64,000 nucleotides of DNA from the human T2T-CHM13v2.0 reference genome, Homo sapiens (GCF_009914755.1 NC_060925.1); one strand, 5' to 3'. Positions 32,998 to 54,170 are shown, numbered from the stretch's first letter. Made by a program: numbers and translations. Notes: generated from the sequence alone by a model not told the origin.

Positions 32998-34378
32998 CAC
33001 ATTTTCTTTATCCACTCATTGATTGATGGGCATTTGAGCTGGTTCCATGTTTTTACCATTACAAATTGTGCTGCTATAAATGTGTGTGCAAGTATCTTTT
33101 TCGTATAATGACTTCTTTTCCTCTAGGTAGATACCTAGTAGTGGGATTGCTGGATCAAATGGTAGATCTTAGCTCTTTAAGGAATCTCCACACTGTTTTC
33201 CATAGTGGTTGTAATAGTTTATATTCTTACCAATAGCATAAAAGCATTCCCTTTCCACCGCATGCATGCCAACATCTATTATTTTTTTATTTTTTTGATT
33301 ATGGGTATTCTTGCAGAAGTGAGGTGGTATCACATTGTGGTTTTAATTTGCATTTCCCTGATAATTAGTGATGTTGAGCATTTTTCCATATGCTTGTTGA
33401 CCATTTGTATATCTTCTTTTGGGAATTGTCTATTCAAGTCCTTTGGGATTGTTTCATTTTTTCTTGCTGAGTTCTTTGTAGATTTTTGGATATTAGTCCT
33501 TTGTTGGATGTATAGATTGTGAAGATTTTCTCCCATTCTGTGGGTTGTCTTGTTAACTCTGCTGATTATTTCTTTTGCTGTACAGAAGCTTTTTAGTTTA
33601 ATTAAGTCCCATTTATTTATGTTTGTTTTTGTTGAATTTGCTTCTGGGTTCTTGATCATGAATTATTTGCCTAAGCCAATGTCTAGAAGGGTTTTTCCAA
33701 TGTTATACTCTAGAATTTTTAAGGTTTCAGGTCTTAGATTTAAGTCTTTGATCCATCTTGAGTTGATTTTTATATAGGGTGAGAGATGAGGATCTAATTT
33801 CATTTTTCTACATGTGGCTTGCCAATTATCCTAGCACCATTTGTTGAATAGGGTGTCCTTTCCCCACTTTATGTTTTTGTTTGCTTTGTCAAAAATCAGT
33901 TGGCTGTAAGTATTTGGCTTTGTTTTTGGGTTCCCTATTCTGTTCCATTGGTCTATGTGCCTATCTTTATGCCGGTACCATGCTGTTTTGGTAACTATGG
34001 CCTTATAGTATAGTTTGAAGTCAGGTAATGTGATGTCTCCAGATTTGTTCTTTTTGCTTAGTCTTGTTTTGGCTATGTGGGCTCTTTTTTGGTTCCATAT
34101 GAATTTTAAGATTGTTTTTTCTAGTTCTGTGATGAATGATGGTAGTATTTTGATGGGAATTGATCTGAATTTGTGGATTGCTTTTGGCAGTATGATCATT
34201 TTCACAATATTGATTCTACCCATCCACGAGCATGAGATGTGTTTCCATTTGTTTGTGTCATCTATGATTTCTTTCAGCAGTGTTTTGTTTTTCTCCATAT
34301 AGAAGTCTTTCACGTCTTGGTTAGCTATATTCCTAAGTATTCTATTTTTATTGCAGCTATTGTGAAAGGGGTTGAGTT

Positions 34379-34830
34379 TGTGAACTCAGAAAATCTGAGA
34401 CAGGTCTCAGTTAATTTAGAAAATTTATTTTGCCAAGGTTGAGGATGTGCCTGTGACAGAGCCTCAAGAAGTCCTGATGACATGTGCCCAAGGTGGTCAG
34501 GGCACAGCTTGGTTTTATACATTTAGGGAGACATGAGACATCAATCAATATATGTAAGAAGTGCATTGGTTCGGTCTGGAAGATGGAACAACTTGAAGCA
34601 AAGGCAAGAAGCAGGGAGGGAGCTTCCAGGTCACAGATGGGTGATTCACAAATGGTTACATTCTTTTGAGTTTCTGATTAGCCTTTCCAAAGGAGGCAAA
34701 TCAGATATGCATCTATCTCAGTGGGCAGAGGAGTGACTTTGAGTAGAATGGGAGGCAGGTTTGCCCTAAGCAGTTTCCAGCTTGAGTTTTCCTTAGTGAT
34801 TTTGGGGGTGCAAGATATTTTCCTTTCACA
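34379..34830 (-). mobile_element. MER4A-type ERV1 solo LTR inserted into L1PB1 ORF2
   Basis: TG...CA termini; 4-bp TSD AGTT at 34375-34378 and 34831-34834; minus strand begins tgtgaaaggaaaatatcttg. Confidence 0.85.
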
Positions 34831-36196
34831 AGTTCTTGATTTGATTCTCAGCTTGGTCACTGTTGATGTATAGCAGAGCTACTGATTGTGTACATTAATT
34901 TTGTATCCTGAAACTTTGCTGAATTCATTTACCAGTTCTAGGAGCTTTTTGGATGAGTCGTTAGGGTTTTCTAGGTATACAATCATATCAGCAAACAGTG
35001 ACAGTTTGACTTCCTCTTTACCGATTTGGGTGCCCTTTATTTCTTTCTCTTGTCTGATTGCTCTGGCTAGGACTTCCAGTACCATGTTGAATAGAAGTGG
35101 TGAAAGTGGGCATCCTTGTCTGTTCCATTTCTCAGGGGGAATGCTTTCAACTTTTCCCCATTCAGTGTAATGTTGGCTGTGAGTTTGTCATAGATGGATT
35201 TTATTACCTTAAGGTATGTCCCTATATGCCGATTTTGCTGAGGGTTTAATCATAAAGGGATGCTGGATTTTGTCAAATGCTTTTTCTGCATCTATTGAGG
35301 TGATCAAGTGATTTTTGTTTTTAATTCTATTTATGTGGTGTATCACATTTATTGACTTATGTTAAACCATCCCTGCATCCCTGGTATGAAACCCCTCTGA
35401 CCATGGTGGATTATCTTTTCAGTATGTTACTGGATTCAGTTCACTAGTATTTTGTTGAGGATTTTTGCATCTGTGTTCATCAGGGATATTGGTCTGTAGT
35501 TTTTTTTTGTTGTTGTTATGTCCTTTCCCGGTTTTGGTATTAGGGTGATACTGGCTTCACAGAATGATTTAGAGAGGATTTCCTCTTTATCTTTTGGAAT
35601 ACTGTCAATAGGATTGGTACCAATTCTTCTTTAAATGTGTGATAGAATTCAGCTGTGAATCCATCTGGTCCTGGACTTTTTTTGTTGACAGTTTTTTTTA
35701 TTACCATTTCAATCTCACTGCTTGTTATTGGTCTGATCAGAGATTCTGTATCATCCTGGTTTAATCTAGGACAGTTGTATATTTCCAGAAATTTATCCAT
35801 CTCTTCTAGGTTTTCTAGTTTACGTTTGTAAAGGTGTTAAAAGTAGCCTTGAATAATCTTTTGTGTTTCTGTGGTATCAGTTGTAACATCTCCCATTTCA
35901 TTTCTAATTGAGTTTATTTGGATCCTCTCTCTTCTTTTCTTAGTTAATCTCACTAATGGTCTTTCAATTTTTATCTTTTCAAAGAACCAACTTTTTGTTT
36001 CACTTATCTTTTGTACCTTTTATTGTTTCAATTTCATTTAGTTCTCCTCTGATCCTGGTTATTTCCTTTCTTCTGCTGAGTTTGGGTTTGGATTGTCATT
36101 GTTTCTCCAATTCTGTGAGGTATAACCTTAGATTGTTTATTTGTGCTCTTATAGACTTTTTGATATAGGCATTTAATGCTATGAACTTTCCTCTAA

Positions 36197-36578
<382 letters not shown>

Positions 36579-39500
36579 CTCAAAGAATTTTTAAATCCCC
36601 ATCTAGATTTCATTGTTGACCCAATGATCATTCAGGAGCAGGTTATTTAATTTCCATCTATTTGCATGGTTTTGAGTGTTCCTCTTGGAGTTGATACCCA
36701 ATTTTATTCTACTATGGTCTGAGAGAGTACTTGATATAACTTCAATTTCCTTAAATTTACTGAGGCTTGTTTTGTGGCCTATCATGTGGTCTAAGAGAAT
36801 GTTCCATGTGTTGATGAATAGAATATATATTCTGCATTTTGTGGGGTAGAATGTTCTATAAATATCTGTTAAATCCATTTGTTGTAGGGTATAGTTTAAG
36901 TCCACTGTTTCTTTGTTGACTTTCTGTCTAGTGCTGTCAGTCGAGTATTAAAGTCCCCCACTGCTATTGTGTTGCCGTCGATATCTCATTTCTTAGGTCT
37001 AGTAGTAATTGTTTTATAAATTTGGGAGCTCCAGTGTTAGGTGCATGTATATTTAGAATTGCTATGTTTTCCTGTTGGACTAGTCCTTTTATCATTATAT
37101 AATGTCCCTCTTTGTCTTTTTTAACTGCAGCTGCTTTAAAGTTTATTTTGTCTGATATAAGAATAGCTACTCCTGCTAGCTTTTGGTGTTCATTTGCATG
37201 GAATATCTTTTTCCATCTCTTTACCTTAAGTTTCTGTGAGTCCTTATGTGTTAGGCGAGTCTCCTGAAGGCAGCAGAAACTTGGTTGGTGAATTCTTATC
37301 CATTCTGCAGTTCTGTATCTTTTAAGTGGAGCATTGAGGCCATTTACATTCAATGTTAGTATTGAGATGTGAGGTACTATTCTATTCATCATGCTATTTG
37401 TTGCCTGAATACCTTGTTTTTTTCATTGTGTTATTGTTACGTAGGTCCTGTGAGATTTATGCTTTAAAGGAAGTTCTATTTTGGTGTATTTTGAGGATGT
37501 GTTTCAAGATTTAGTGCTCCTTTAGCAGTTCCTGTGCTGTCTTGGTAGTGGCGAAGTCTCTCAGCATTTGTTTGTTTGGAAAAGACTATCTTTCCTTCAT
37601 TTATGAAGCTTAGTTTTGCTGGCTACAAAATTCTTGGCTAATAATTGTTTTGTTTAAGGAGGCTAGAAATAGGACCCCAGTCCCTTCTAGCTTATAGATT
37701 TCTGCTGAGAAATCTGCTGTTAATCTGATAGATTTTCCTTTGTAGGTTACCTGATGCTTTTGCCTCACAGCTCTTAAGAGTCTTTCCTTGGTCTTGACTT
37801 TAAATAACTTGATGACTGTATGCCTAGGCAGTTATCTTTTTGCAATGAATTTCCCAGGTGTTCTTTGAGCTGCTTGTATTTGGATATCTAGATCTCTAGC
37901 AAGACCAGGGAAGTTTTCCTTGATTATTCCCTCAAATATGTTTTCCATACTTTTAGATTTCTCTTCTTCTTCAGGAACACCAGCTATTCTTAGGTTTGGA
38001 TGTTTAACCTAGTCCCAAACTTCTTGGAGGCGTTGTTCATTTTTTTAAATTATTTTTTCTTTGTGTTTGATGGATCAGGTTAATTCAAAAGCCTTGTCTT
38101 TGAGCTCTGAAGTTCTTTCTTCTGCTTGTTCGATTCTATTGCTGAGCCTTTCCAGTGCATTTTGCATTTCTCTAAGTGTGTCCTTGATTTCCAGAAGTTG
38201 TGATTGTTTTTTATTAATGCTTTCTATTTCACTGAAGAATTTTTCTTTCATATCCTGTATCATGTTTTTGATTTCTTTAAGCTGGACTTCACCTTTCTCT
38301 GGTGCCTCCTTGATTAGCTTGATAATCAACCTTCTGAAATCTTTTTCTGGCAATTCAGAGATTTCATCTTGGTTTGAATCCATTGCTGGTGAGCTGGTGT
38401 GATCTTTTAGGGGTGTTAAAGAACCTTATTTTGTCATATTACCAGAATGATTTTTCTGGTTCCTTCTTATTTGAGTAGAGTATATAAGAGGGGAGATCTG
38501 GGATTCAAGGGCTGCTGTTCAGATTCTTTTGTCCCACGGGATGCTCCCTTGATGTGGTGTTCTCTTCTTTCCCCTAGGATTGGGGCTTCCTGAGAACTGA
38601 ACTGTGGTGATTGTTTTTGCTCTTCTGGGTTTAGCCAGTAAGTGGAGCTACTGGGCTCTGGGCTGGTACTGGGGAGAGTCTGCAAAGAGTCTTGTGATGT
38701 GATCCATCTTCAGGTCTTGCAGCCATAGATACCAGCACCTGCTCTGGTGGAGGTAGCAGGGAAGTGAAGTGGACTCTTTGAGGGTCCTTGGTTGTGTTTT
38801 TGTTTAGTACACTGGCTTTGTGTTGGTTGACCTCCAGCCAGGAGGTGGTGCTTTCAAAAGTACATCAGCTGTGGCCCTATAGGGAGGATGCAAACTTGCC
38901 CTAGGCATACCTGGTTAAGTACTCAGGTTTCTCAGGCAGTGAGCAGGGCCATAGAGCTCCCAAGAGATTATGACCTTTGTCTTTGGCTACCAAGACAGGT
39001 AGAGAAAGATCACCAACCAGGTGGGGGCAGGGACAGGTGTGTCTGAGCTTAGCCCCTCCTTGGGAAGGGCTTGCTGCGGCTGCTATGGGGGTGGGGGTGT
39101 GGTTCCCAGTCCAGTGGAATTACACCCCCAGGGGGATTATGGCTGCCTCTGCTGAGTCATACAGGTTGCCAGGGAAGTGGGGGAAAGCCGGCAGTCACGG
39201 GCCTCACTCCGCTCCCAGGGTAGCTTGCAGTTCTAAAGGCTAGTCTCACTCCCACCGTGGCTCCCTCAACAGCACCGAGTCTATTTCTAGGCAGCTGGTG
39301 ACCAGGGCTGAGAATTTGCCCCAGACCATGAGCCTCCCCGTTGAGAAAGCAAGCAGACTCACAGTTTTTCAGCATCTCAGGGAAACTTCAGGGGTGATCC
39401 AGTTTCTTCAAAGGGTCTGTGGATCCTCTCAGCTTTCCCTATTTGCTCCAAGAACTACCACAGGAACATAAGTTCATGATGTGAGTCTCCACATGCCACT

Positions 39501-41681
39501 TTGTCCGTCCAGGCAGGAGCTATAGAGTAGTCCTGCCTCCTATCCGCCATCTTAATCGACTATATTTAAACATTTATTCTTCTTTAATTTCTAGCAATGA
39601 TATTTTGTAGTTTTCAGGTGCATAGGTGTTTTTCATCTTTTGTTAAATTTATCCCTAAGTAATATTTTTATACTGTTGAATAAATGGCATTTTAAATTCA
39701 ATTTTTTTTATTACTGGTATATAGAAATATAGTTGGTTTTCATATATTCCGTGACCTTGCTAAACTCATTTGTTCTAATAGCTCTTTTGGGATTTTCTGT
39801 ATAGACATTTCATATGTGGGGGAAAAAAATCAGTTTACTACTTGTGAAATTGTTTGCCATTTTTCCTTTTCCTTGTACTGGTTAGGACTTCCATTATAGA
39901 GTTGAATAGGAGAGGCCAGAGTGACATCCTTGCATTGTTGTTGATCTTATAGGAAGCATTTTATCTTATTACAAATAAAGTGTAATGTTAGCTGTAGCCT
40001 TTTTGTAGATGCTGTTGGTAGGCTAAGAAAGTTCCAATTTATTCCTAGATTTCTGATAGTTTTTATTATGAATCGGTGTTGAATCTTATCAAATGCTTAT
40101 TCTGCGTCTATTGAGATGGTTATGCTGTTGCTTGTTTTAATTGACTGTTTATGGGATGGTGAATTATATCGATTTTCAAATATTAAACCAACCTTACATT
40201 CCTGGGATAATGCCCTCGTGGTCATGATATACTATCCATTTTATAGAATGTTAGACTCTATTTGTTAAAATATTGTTAAGGATTTTTATGGCCATGTTCA
40301 TGAGGGATATTTGTCTATAGTTTTCTTTTTTTATAATGTCTTTGTCTGGTTTTGGTATCCAGATAATGATGCTGTCATAAAATAAGTTGGGAAGTGTTTC
40401 CTCCTCTTCTATTAATATTGTCTGGAAGAATTTGTGTGGAATTGATATTATTTCTTCCTTAAATGTTTGGTAGAATTCAATAATGAGGACCTCTGGACCT
40501 AGAGTTTTCTTTGAAGGAAGGTATTTTAAGCTAATGTCTTTAATAGATACAAGGTTATTGATGATCAATTTCTTCTCAAGTAAACTTTGGTAGTTTTGTC
40601 TTTCAAGGAATTTATCCATTTCATCTAAACTGTAAAATTTATTAACATAAATTTTCATATTATTCCCTTATTTTAATATCTGTAGATATTAGTAATTTGT
40701 GCCATCTTTTTCCCCCCATCTAGAGGTTTTTCCCCCCGATCTAGAGGTTTATCAATTTTATTGAGCTTCTCAAATAACCAGATTTTTGGTTCCATTGATT
40801 TTCCTGTTTATCTGTGTTCTATTTTATTGATTTATGTTCTTTCTTTTCCCTTCCATTTGATTACTTTGGGCTTAATTTTTCTCTTTTTCTAGTTTTTCAA
40901 ATTGAAACCTTAGATCATTCATTTTACAGTTTTTCCTAAATATATGTTTAGTGATACAATTTTCCCTCTAAACCCTGCTTTTGCTGCATTCCATGAATTT
41001 TGATATGTTGCATTTTCATTTTCATTCATTTCAAAATATAATTTCCCTTGTGAATTTTCTTCTTGACCTATTGGTTATCTAGAATTATGTTGTTTAATTT
41101 CCACATACTTGGGGGTTTTCCAGATGTCTTTCTATTGTTTATTTCTAATTTAATTTATTGTGATCAAGTAACATAAATTTTAATTCTTTAACATTTTTGA
41201 CACTTTTATAGCCTACAGTATGCTCTATTTTTGTAAATGCTTTACCTGTACTTTAGAACGATGTATATAGTCTGATGATAGGCAAAGTATTTCATAATAT
41301 CAAGTCAAGGTGATGAATAGTGTTGTTTGAATCGTCTGTATCCTTACTAGTTTTCTAATTTTTCAATCAATTATTGAGGGATAATTGTTGAACTCTAATA
41401 TAGTTGTTGATTTGTCTTTTTCTTTTTTCAGTTTGAACAGGTTTTGCTTCAAGAACTTTGAAGCTCTGTTAATTAGGGTTGTTATGCTCTCTGGATGAAT
41501 CAATCCATTTATCATTATTAATTTACTCTTTATCCTTCATAATATTCTTTGCTTTGAAATCTATTTAGTTGATATGAATAAAGACACTCCAAATTTCTTT
41601 TGATTTGCATTTGCAGGGCATATTATTGCCATCCTTTCACTTTTAACCTGTCTGTATCTTTATACTTAAAATAGGTTTCTT

Positions 41682-42270
41682 GGCTAGGTGCTGTGGCTCA
41701 CGCCTGTAATCCCAGCATTTTGAGAGACCAAGGCAGGAGGGTCACTTGACCCCAGGAGTTTGAGATCTGCCTGTGCAACACAGTGAGACCCTGTCTGTAC
41801 TATGTTAAAGCAACCACTAAAAAAGAACAAAACTACCAAGCCAATAAAGGAGATAAAGATGGAATTAAAAAAACCTCACTTTAAAGGTAGGAAAAGAGAA
41901 AAAAGGGCATATGACCAAATGGACAAACAAAAAACAAATAGCAAAATAATGTATTTTAACCCAAGCATATCAATTGTCACCTTAAGTTGTCCAAAGATTC
42001 CAATTAAAAGAAGAGATTGTCAAGATTGATAAAAATGCAAAACCGCACCACGTGTTTACAAAATTTTATCTATCTATCTACATTTTTATGTTTTTGAAAT
42101 GGGGTCTCACTCTGCTGCCCAGATTGGAACACATTGCTGCAATCACCACTCATTGCAGGCTCAACCGCCTGGGTTCAAGTGATCTTCCTGCTTCAGTCTC
42201 TCAAGCAGCTAGGATCACAGTTGCACACCAGCACACCTGGCTAGTTTTTTAAAAAATTTTTGTACAGACA
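41682..42270. mobile_element. AluJ split by an inversion: left arm + (41682-41800), right arm - (~42075-42270)
   Basis: Arms in opposite orientation with a flipped L1M segment between them. Confidence 0.8.
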
Positions 42271-42556
42271 AAATGTTTATATATCTTTAAATTGTCTCCT
42301 TCAAATGATATCACTTTATGTATAATATTAAAACTTTTCCTTTTTCCCATGCCAGCCTTTTAGCTATTGTCGTTTTACTTTTTAAATACATCGTAAACCC
42401 CACAATCCAATTCTTGGATTGGATATCAAAAATATCCAGTTCTTGCTATTTTTGCTTTATAGTCAATTATCTTATAAAGAAATTAAAAATGAGAAATGTC
42501 TTTTATGTTTAGTCACATATTTTCCATTACAGTGTTCTTCATTCCAGTGTATAAAT

Positions 42557-42725
42557 TGGGGTTCAGCAAACTTTTTCTGTAAAGAGCCAAAAAATAAATC
42601 TTTTCAGCTTCGTAGGCCATATGATCTGTGGCAATTATTCAACTCTGCTGTTATAGCGTGAAAACAGCCACAGACAACAGGTAAATGAATGAGAGTAGCT
42701 GTGTTGGATTTGGTCCACAGGACCA
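42557..42725. mobile_element. MER58A-like hAT-Charlie element
   Basis: ggggttcagcaaactttttctgtaaagagcca...caactctgctgttatagcgtgaaaacagcc. Confidence 0.8.
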
Positions 42726-42883
42726 AAAAAAAATTAATTTTTTTTCTGTCACCCTTCGCCCCGTTTTCTTGTAACTGTAGTTACAGGTTTGGTAGACCAT
42801 TGGATGTTGTTCTGTTGCTCACTGATACATTTCTTACTCTCAGTCTTTACTGTGTCTCATTTGAGTTTGTTTCTACTACTATG

Positions 42884-43807
<924 letters not shown>

Positions 43808-44002
43808 TTAAACAACTGTTTTAATATCCATGTCTTATGATTCTATCATATATATAACTTTTGAATTCTATCTGTGTCATTTCTGAATCTGTTTATATTG
43901 ATTTTTTTTCTCCTGATTACAGGTCATATACATTCTTTGTCTCTGGTAATTTTTTATTGAATGCCAGACACTGTGAATTTTACATTGTTGGCTTAATTTC
44001 TT

Positions 44003-44366
44003 TTTTTATTATTACTATACTTAAGTTCTGGGATACATGAGCAGAATGTGCAGGTTTGTTACATAGGTATACACGTGCCATGGTGGTTTACTGCACCCAT
44101 CAACCTGTCATCTACATTAGGTATTTGTCTTAATGCTATCCCTTCCCTTGCCCCCCACCCACCAACAGGCCCCAATGTGTGATGTTCCCCTCTCTGTGCC
44201 CATGTTCTTATTGTTTACCTCCCACTTCTCAGTGAGAACATGTGGTGTTTGGCTTTCTGTTCCTGTGTTAGCTGAGAATGATGGTTTCCAGCTTCATCCA
44301 TGTCCCTGCAAAGAACATGAACTCATTCTTTTTTATGGCTGCATAGTATTCCATGGTGTATATGTG
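44003..44366 (-). mobile_element. Short 5'-truncated L1PA7-like 3' end
   Basis: L1 3'UTR; 17-bp TSD tgttggcttaatttctt at 43986-44002 and 44367-44383. Confidence 0.9.
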
Positions 44367-45807
44367 TGTTGGCTTAATTTCTTCCCTTTCTCCTTTTCTT
44401 CCTGTCTTTTTTGGGGGGTGGGGAGATGCAGTTTAATTTCCCTTTTTTTTTTTCTTTCAGTGTTCCTTTTAGGTTTATTAGGCTGGTCTGGAAAAGCCTG
44501 TGGTCTAGGTCTGGTTTGGCTCTGCTATTTAGGCAATACCTAATACCTTCTGAGATTATTGATGGACTTGATGTTGCATGTGTTAGGATGTCTTTCCATT
44601 ATGGCTGGTGAGAACACAAACTGTTTTGTCCCAACGTAAGATCTAATGATTATTCTGCCTGCTGCTTTCTGGTAGTTTTTCCCTGGCCTTGGTAGTTTGC
44701 TGACACACCCAGGAGTCAGATGACTACTCATTCCAAGATTCAAGGAGACCTCTCAGCAGATCCTCAGTTTCTTCTCTCTCTCTCTCTGCAGCTGCCTCCT
44801 CTCTGGTACTTTATATCCACAAATTTTAGATGACTGGCCTTTCTGAGTTCTGAACTCTGTTTTCTCAACTCAGTAAGACTACCTGGTTCAGTCTGGATTC
44901 CTCCTTCTCATACTACAGCCTGAAAATTCTTTTCGGGCAGTGAGCAAAAGCACTTACAGTTTGCCTTCTCTCAGAGGTCACTGTCCTGGGATGCTTGTTC
45001 AATGTCTGAAAGCTGTTGTTTCATACATTTTGTCCAGTTTTCCAGTTGTGTAAGGCAAGAGAGTAAATATTCTCGTTGAAAAACACCATGACTGAAAGCA
45101 GAAATTTTGCTACTCTTAAATCTTTGGTCACGTGTTCCTGCTTTTCATACCTTTTGATATCCGAGCTCACCTAAGACTTCCTGTAAAATCACATTATTTA
45201 ATTAAAAATTATTCTTTTTCCTCTCTAATAGACACTATAGTTTTATGATCAGAATTTCACTTTTTAGAATACGCTGTCAAATCCTCCTCGAACATAACTC
45301 ATCACAAAAGTGTAGAACATATACTACATGTTACTCTGCTAGATGCTAAAAATGCAAAGATGAATAAAATAATGGATTATGCCTCCTTTTTCTCTGAATT
45401 TTTTGAAATCTATGTTTTTAAGATCTAGAACAGTGCTATTCAAAATGTGGTCTACATACTGGTGCCAATTTGAAGGGTTTCCAGCAGTGGACTATACTGT
45501 AAGGAGTTTGTTCCAGAGTATTCAAGCAGCTACGTTGCTGAACACGTTGCTTAGCTCACCTGAATTTTTTTTTTAAGCAGGACTTTCTTGAAGGAAGCAA
45601 TGTGTTGGTTTAGATGCCAGAAAAAGGGCCTTCTTTCATTGTAGGCAGGTAATAAGCGGTTTATAGACCAGCTACGAGTACACATCTCAGAGTGCTTAGC
45701 ATCCCCTTCCTTGGCTATTAGGAAATTTCAAGCATCGCATTTCCAGTCATTTTATTTAAATTCTTATTTCTTCTTCATTAAAACTAATTACTTCAGCTTT
45801 TATTTCA

Positions 45808-51956
<6,149 letters not shown>

Positions 51957-52451
51957 GGCATTTATTTTATGGCTGATAACTGGTTTGGGGGACTTCTTAG
52001 CAACCACAGTCTAGGATGGTTTTATTTTTACCCTGGCACAGACTTGGAATTGGAACAACTGTGGCAATAGAATGCCTGTGGGACACCATTTAGCTTAGTG
52101 CTGGAAGGAAATAGAAGCACTTATGGGCTCTTTGGGATTTCCGTTATATCCAATTTATTTTTATGACATTCCTAGAAATAAGGCATCCCTTCGTTGTTCA
52201 TGGTATATTTTCCCTCTCTCACTTACCTTCATCCTGACAAGATTTATTTTATCTCAATTCATGATTCCCCATTTCCTTTCCATTTGTTGACTGGTTTCTA
52301 AGTCTCATCTTCTCTGATTAGCCATTGGTAATTGTCGCTACCTAACAGAAAATGATTGTAACACATATTAGTATAGAACTAGAATGGGGGAGAGGAGGCA
52401 GTGAGTATGAGTACCCCTTGAAAAGATGTTTGTGTACTCTTTCTTTTCCAG

Positions 52452-52699
52452 TGGAAAGCTCACCAGAGATCCTAAAGAATGAAGATTTTTCTAGCAGCCG
52501 TGCTATTACATTGTACAAAGACAAGCGTCAAGAATCTGTAGACCAGCTGTCTTTGATTTTGTCTTATGAGTGCCAGATTTCTCAGAAGCTCTACATTCCT
52601 CGAAGTACAGCCACTGCTGCCTTAGGTGCTGCCGCACGGTTAGCTACATCCAGGAGCCTCCTACACTGGTACCCCAGTGTGAAAAGGATGGAAGCATGA
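52452..52699 (+). CDS. TDRD5: TDRD5 last coding exon (VESSPEIL...YPSVKRMEA*)
   Basis: Long pyrimidine tract + ccag|; G|TG=Val restores frame; TGA at 52697-52699. Confidence 0.94.
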
Positions 52700-52717
52700 G
52701 GGAGGGAGGGAGGAGGG
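52700..52717 (+). other. G-quadruplex motif GGG-A-GGG-A-GGG-AGGA-GGG directly after the stop codon
   Basis: Four G3 runs with loops of 1, 1 and 4 nt on the mRNA strand. Confidence 0.75.
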
Positions 52718-53030
52718 AGAAAAACAGAATCCAGCCGCTTAGGCTTTGATGAACTCCCAGGCCAAAATGAGGAGTTATTGAAGCAAAATAGTATCTTGAT
52801 CATTGATACTTTTGTCTTTCTGTGACTATATGTTAGCTTTATTATGCTAACAGTCTACTTTGATGTGTAAGTAAGTATTGATATTTACTGTTAATCTTGA
52901 TTTTTCTTGATTTTATTCTGTGTCATTTTGTTCACCTTTGTTTTTAATGTAGTTTAAAGGAATTTGTTTTTTTGTGTTTGTTTTTCTTGTACATTATCAT
53001 GACTGATAAATGAAAATTGAAAAACTAATG
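52700..53030 (+). promoter_or_regulatory. TDRD5: TDRD5 3'UTR; U-rich, CPE-like TTTTTAAT (52941-52948), candidate variant poly(A) signal GATAAA (53005-53010)
   Basis: Follows the stop codon; no nearby AATAAA seen; GATAAA followed by GT-rich tgtttgtg; end coordinate inferred. Confidence 0.55.
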
Positions 53031-54118
53031 TTTGTGATCTATATTTGGCAAGACAAAATAGTCTCACATTCCTATCTCGAGAAAAAAAAGATGTCTGACT
53101 CTTAAGGCTGCTTTCTAACTTGAAGTCTTCTATATCATAGAGCACCATTATGTCTTTGAAATATTGGGATCAATAAGAAAATCTACACCCTGAAGCTTTG
53201 GTCATACGAATACTTTTACATTTCAAAAAAATTAAGCTGTTTGCAGTAAAGGCAATTTCTGAAATGTAGCTGAGCCATCTCTATAATTATCACAGTTCCC
53301 AAGAGCCTTAATGTAGCAATCGTTCAACAGTGGCATTGTTTAAGCATTTATATAACATGATGTTCTCTGAGGTCAGATTCTGTGAAATGTGATAATGGTA
53401 GTCTGTTGAGCTCATAGTATAGATCATCAAAAAAGACTGAAGGTGAAATTTTAAAATGTGAGTAATGCTAGTTAATTTTTTTTACCAGACTTATACCCAG
53501 ATTTTAAAAATATTTTACTCACAGAATTAACCCCCAAAACAGAATCATTTCTTAGAAGTAAAATCTGAGAAAGAGATGTAAATAGCATGCTTCATGTAAC
53601 AAGGTTCTCACCCACATAGCTGCTCTTCTAAGGCCTCCTTTTTTTGGCATTAAATGACAGAGCTGGTCTCCTGGTTCCTCTCTCTTTTTCTACAATAAGG
53701 AATTTCTCCTCTTTCCTTCCCAACTACTTAATTAGCAAAATATCCACTAAGGAAGGGAGTAGGAGGGGGGTAAATACAGAAATACATTCAGAGTATTATC
53801 ATGAGACAAAGGTAAACCAAAAGTCTTTACTGATCATTTTCTGTTTAAAAGCCTTAGAGAAAACATGTTTAAATGTCGTACAATTTAAAAGCTCAGATTC
53901 ACCTATAATTCCAATATATCTATAAGAATAATGTAAGGATACACTAACTGACAAAAAAAGACAAAAGTAATCTGGAAACATCACTGATAGTTAATCCAAC
54001 TGATGAAAGAGTTTTGGGCTTTTGTGATTTTCTATCAGACATCTTTATTGGAGAAGGCAGGTGGAGAGTTAGATATGGAGGGTCAGTGGACAGTTAAATA
54101 TAATGTGATGGTTAAATA

Positions 54119-54123
<5 letters not shown>

Positions 54124-54166
<43 letters not shown>
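54124..54166. repeat. (TA)n microsatellite
   Basis: Direct reading. Confidence 0.95.

Positions 54167-54170
<4 letters not shown>

Noticed and set aside
34361-34830. 9-nt inverted match between tgtgaaagg (34361-34369) and the LTR end cctttcaca
   Set aside because: The first copy is ordinary L1PB ORF2 sequence outside the AGTT TSD; chance similarity
40707-40747. 20-21 nt tandem duplication (tttttccccccatctagagg x2)
   Set aside because: Simple slippage duplication inside a dead L1M; a similar one (actaggtatt x2) occurs near 60044-60069
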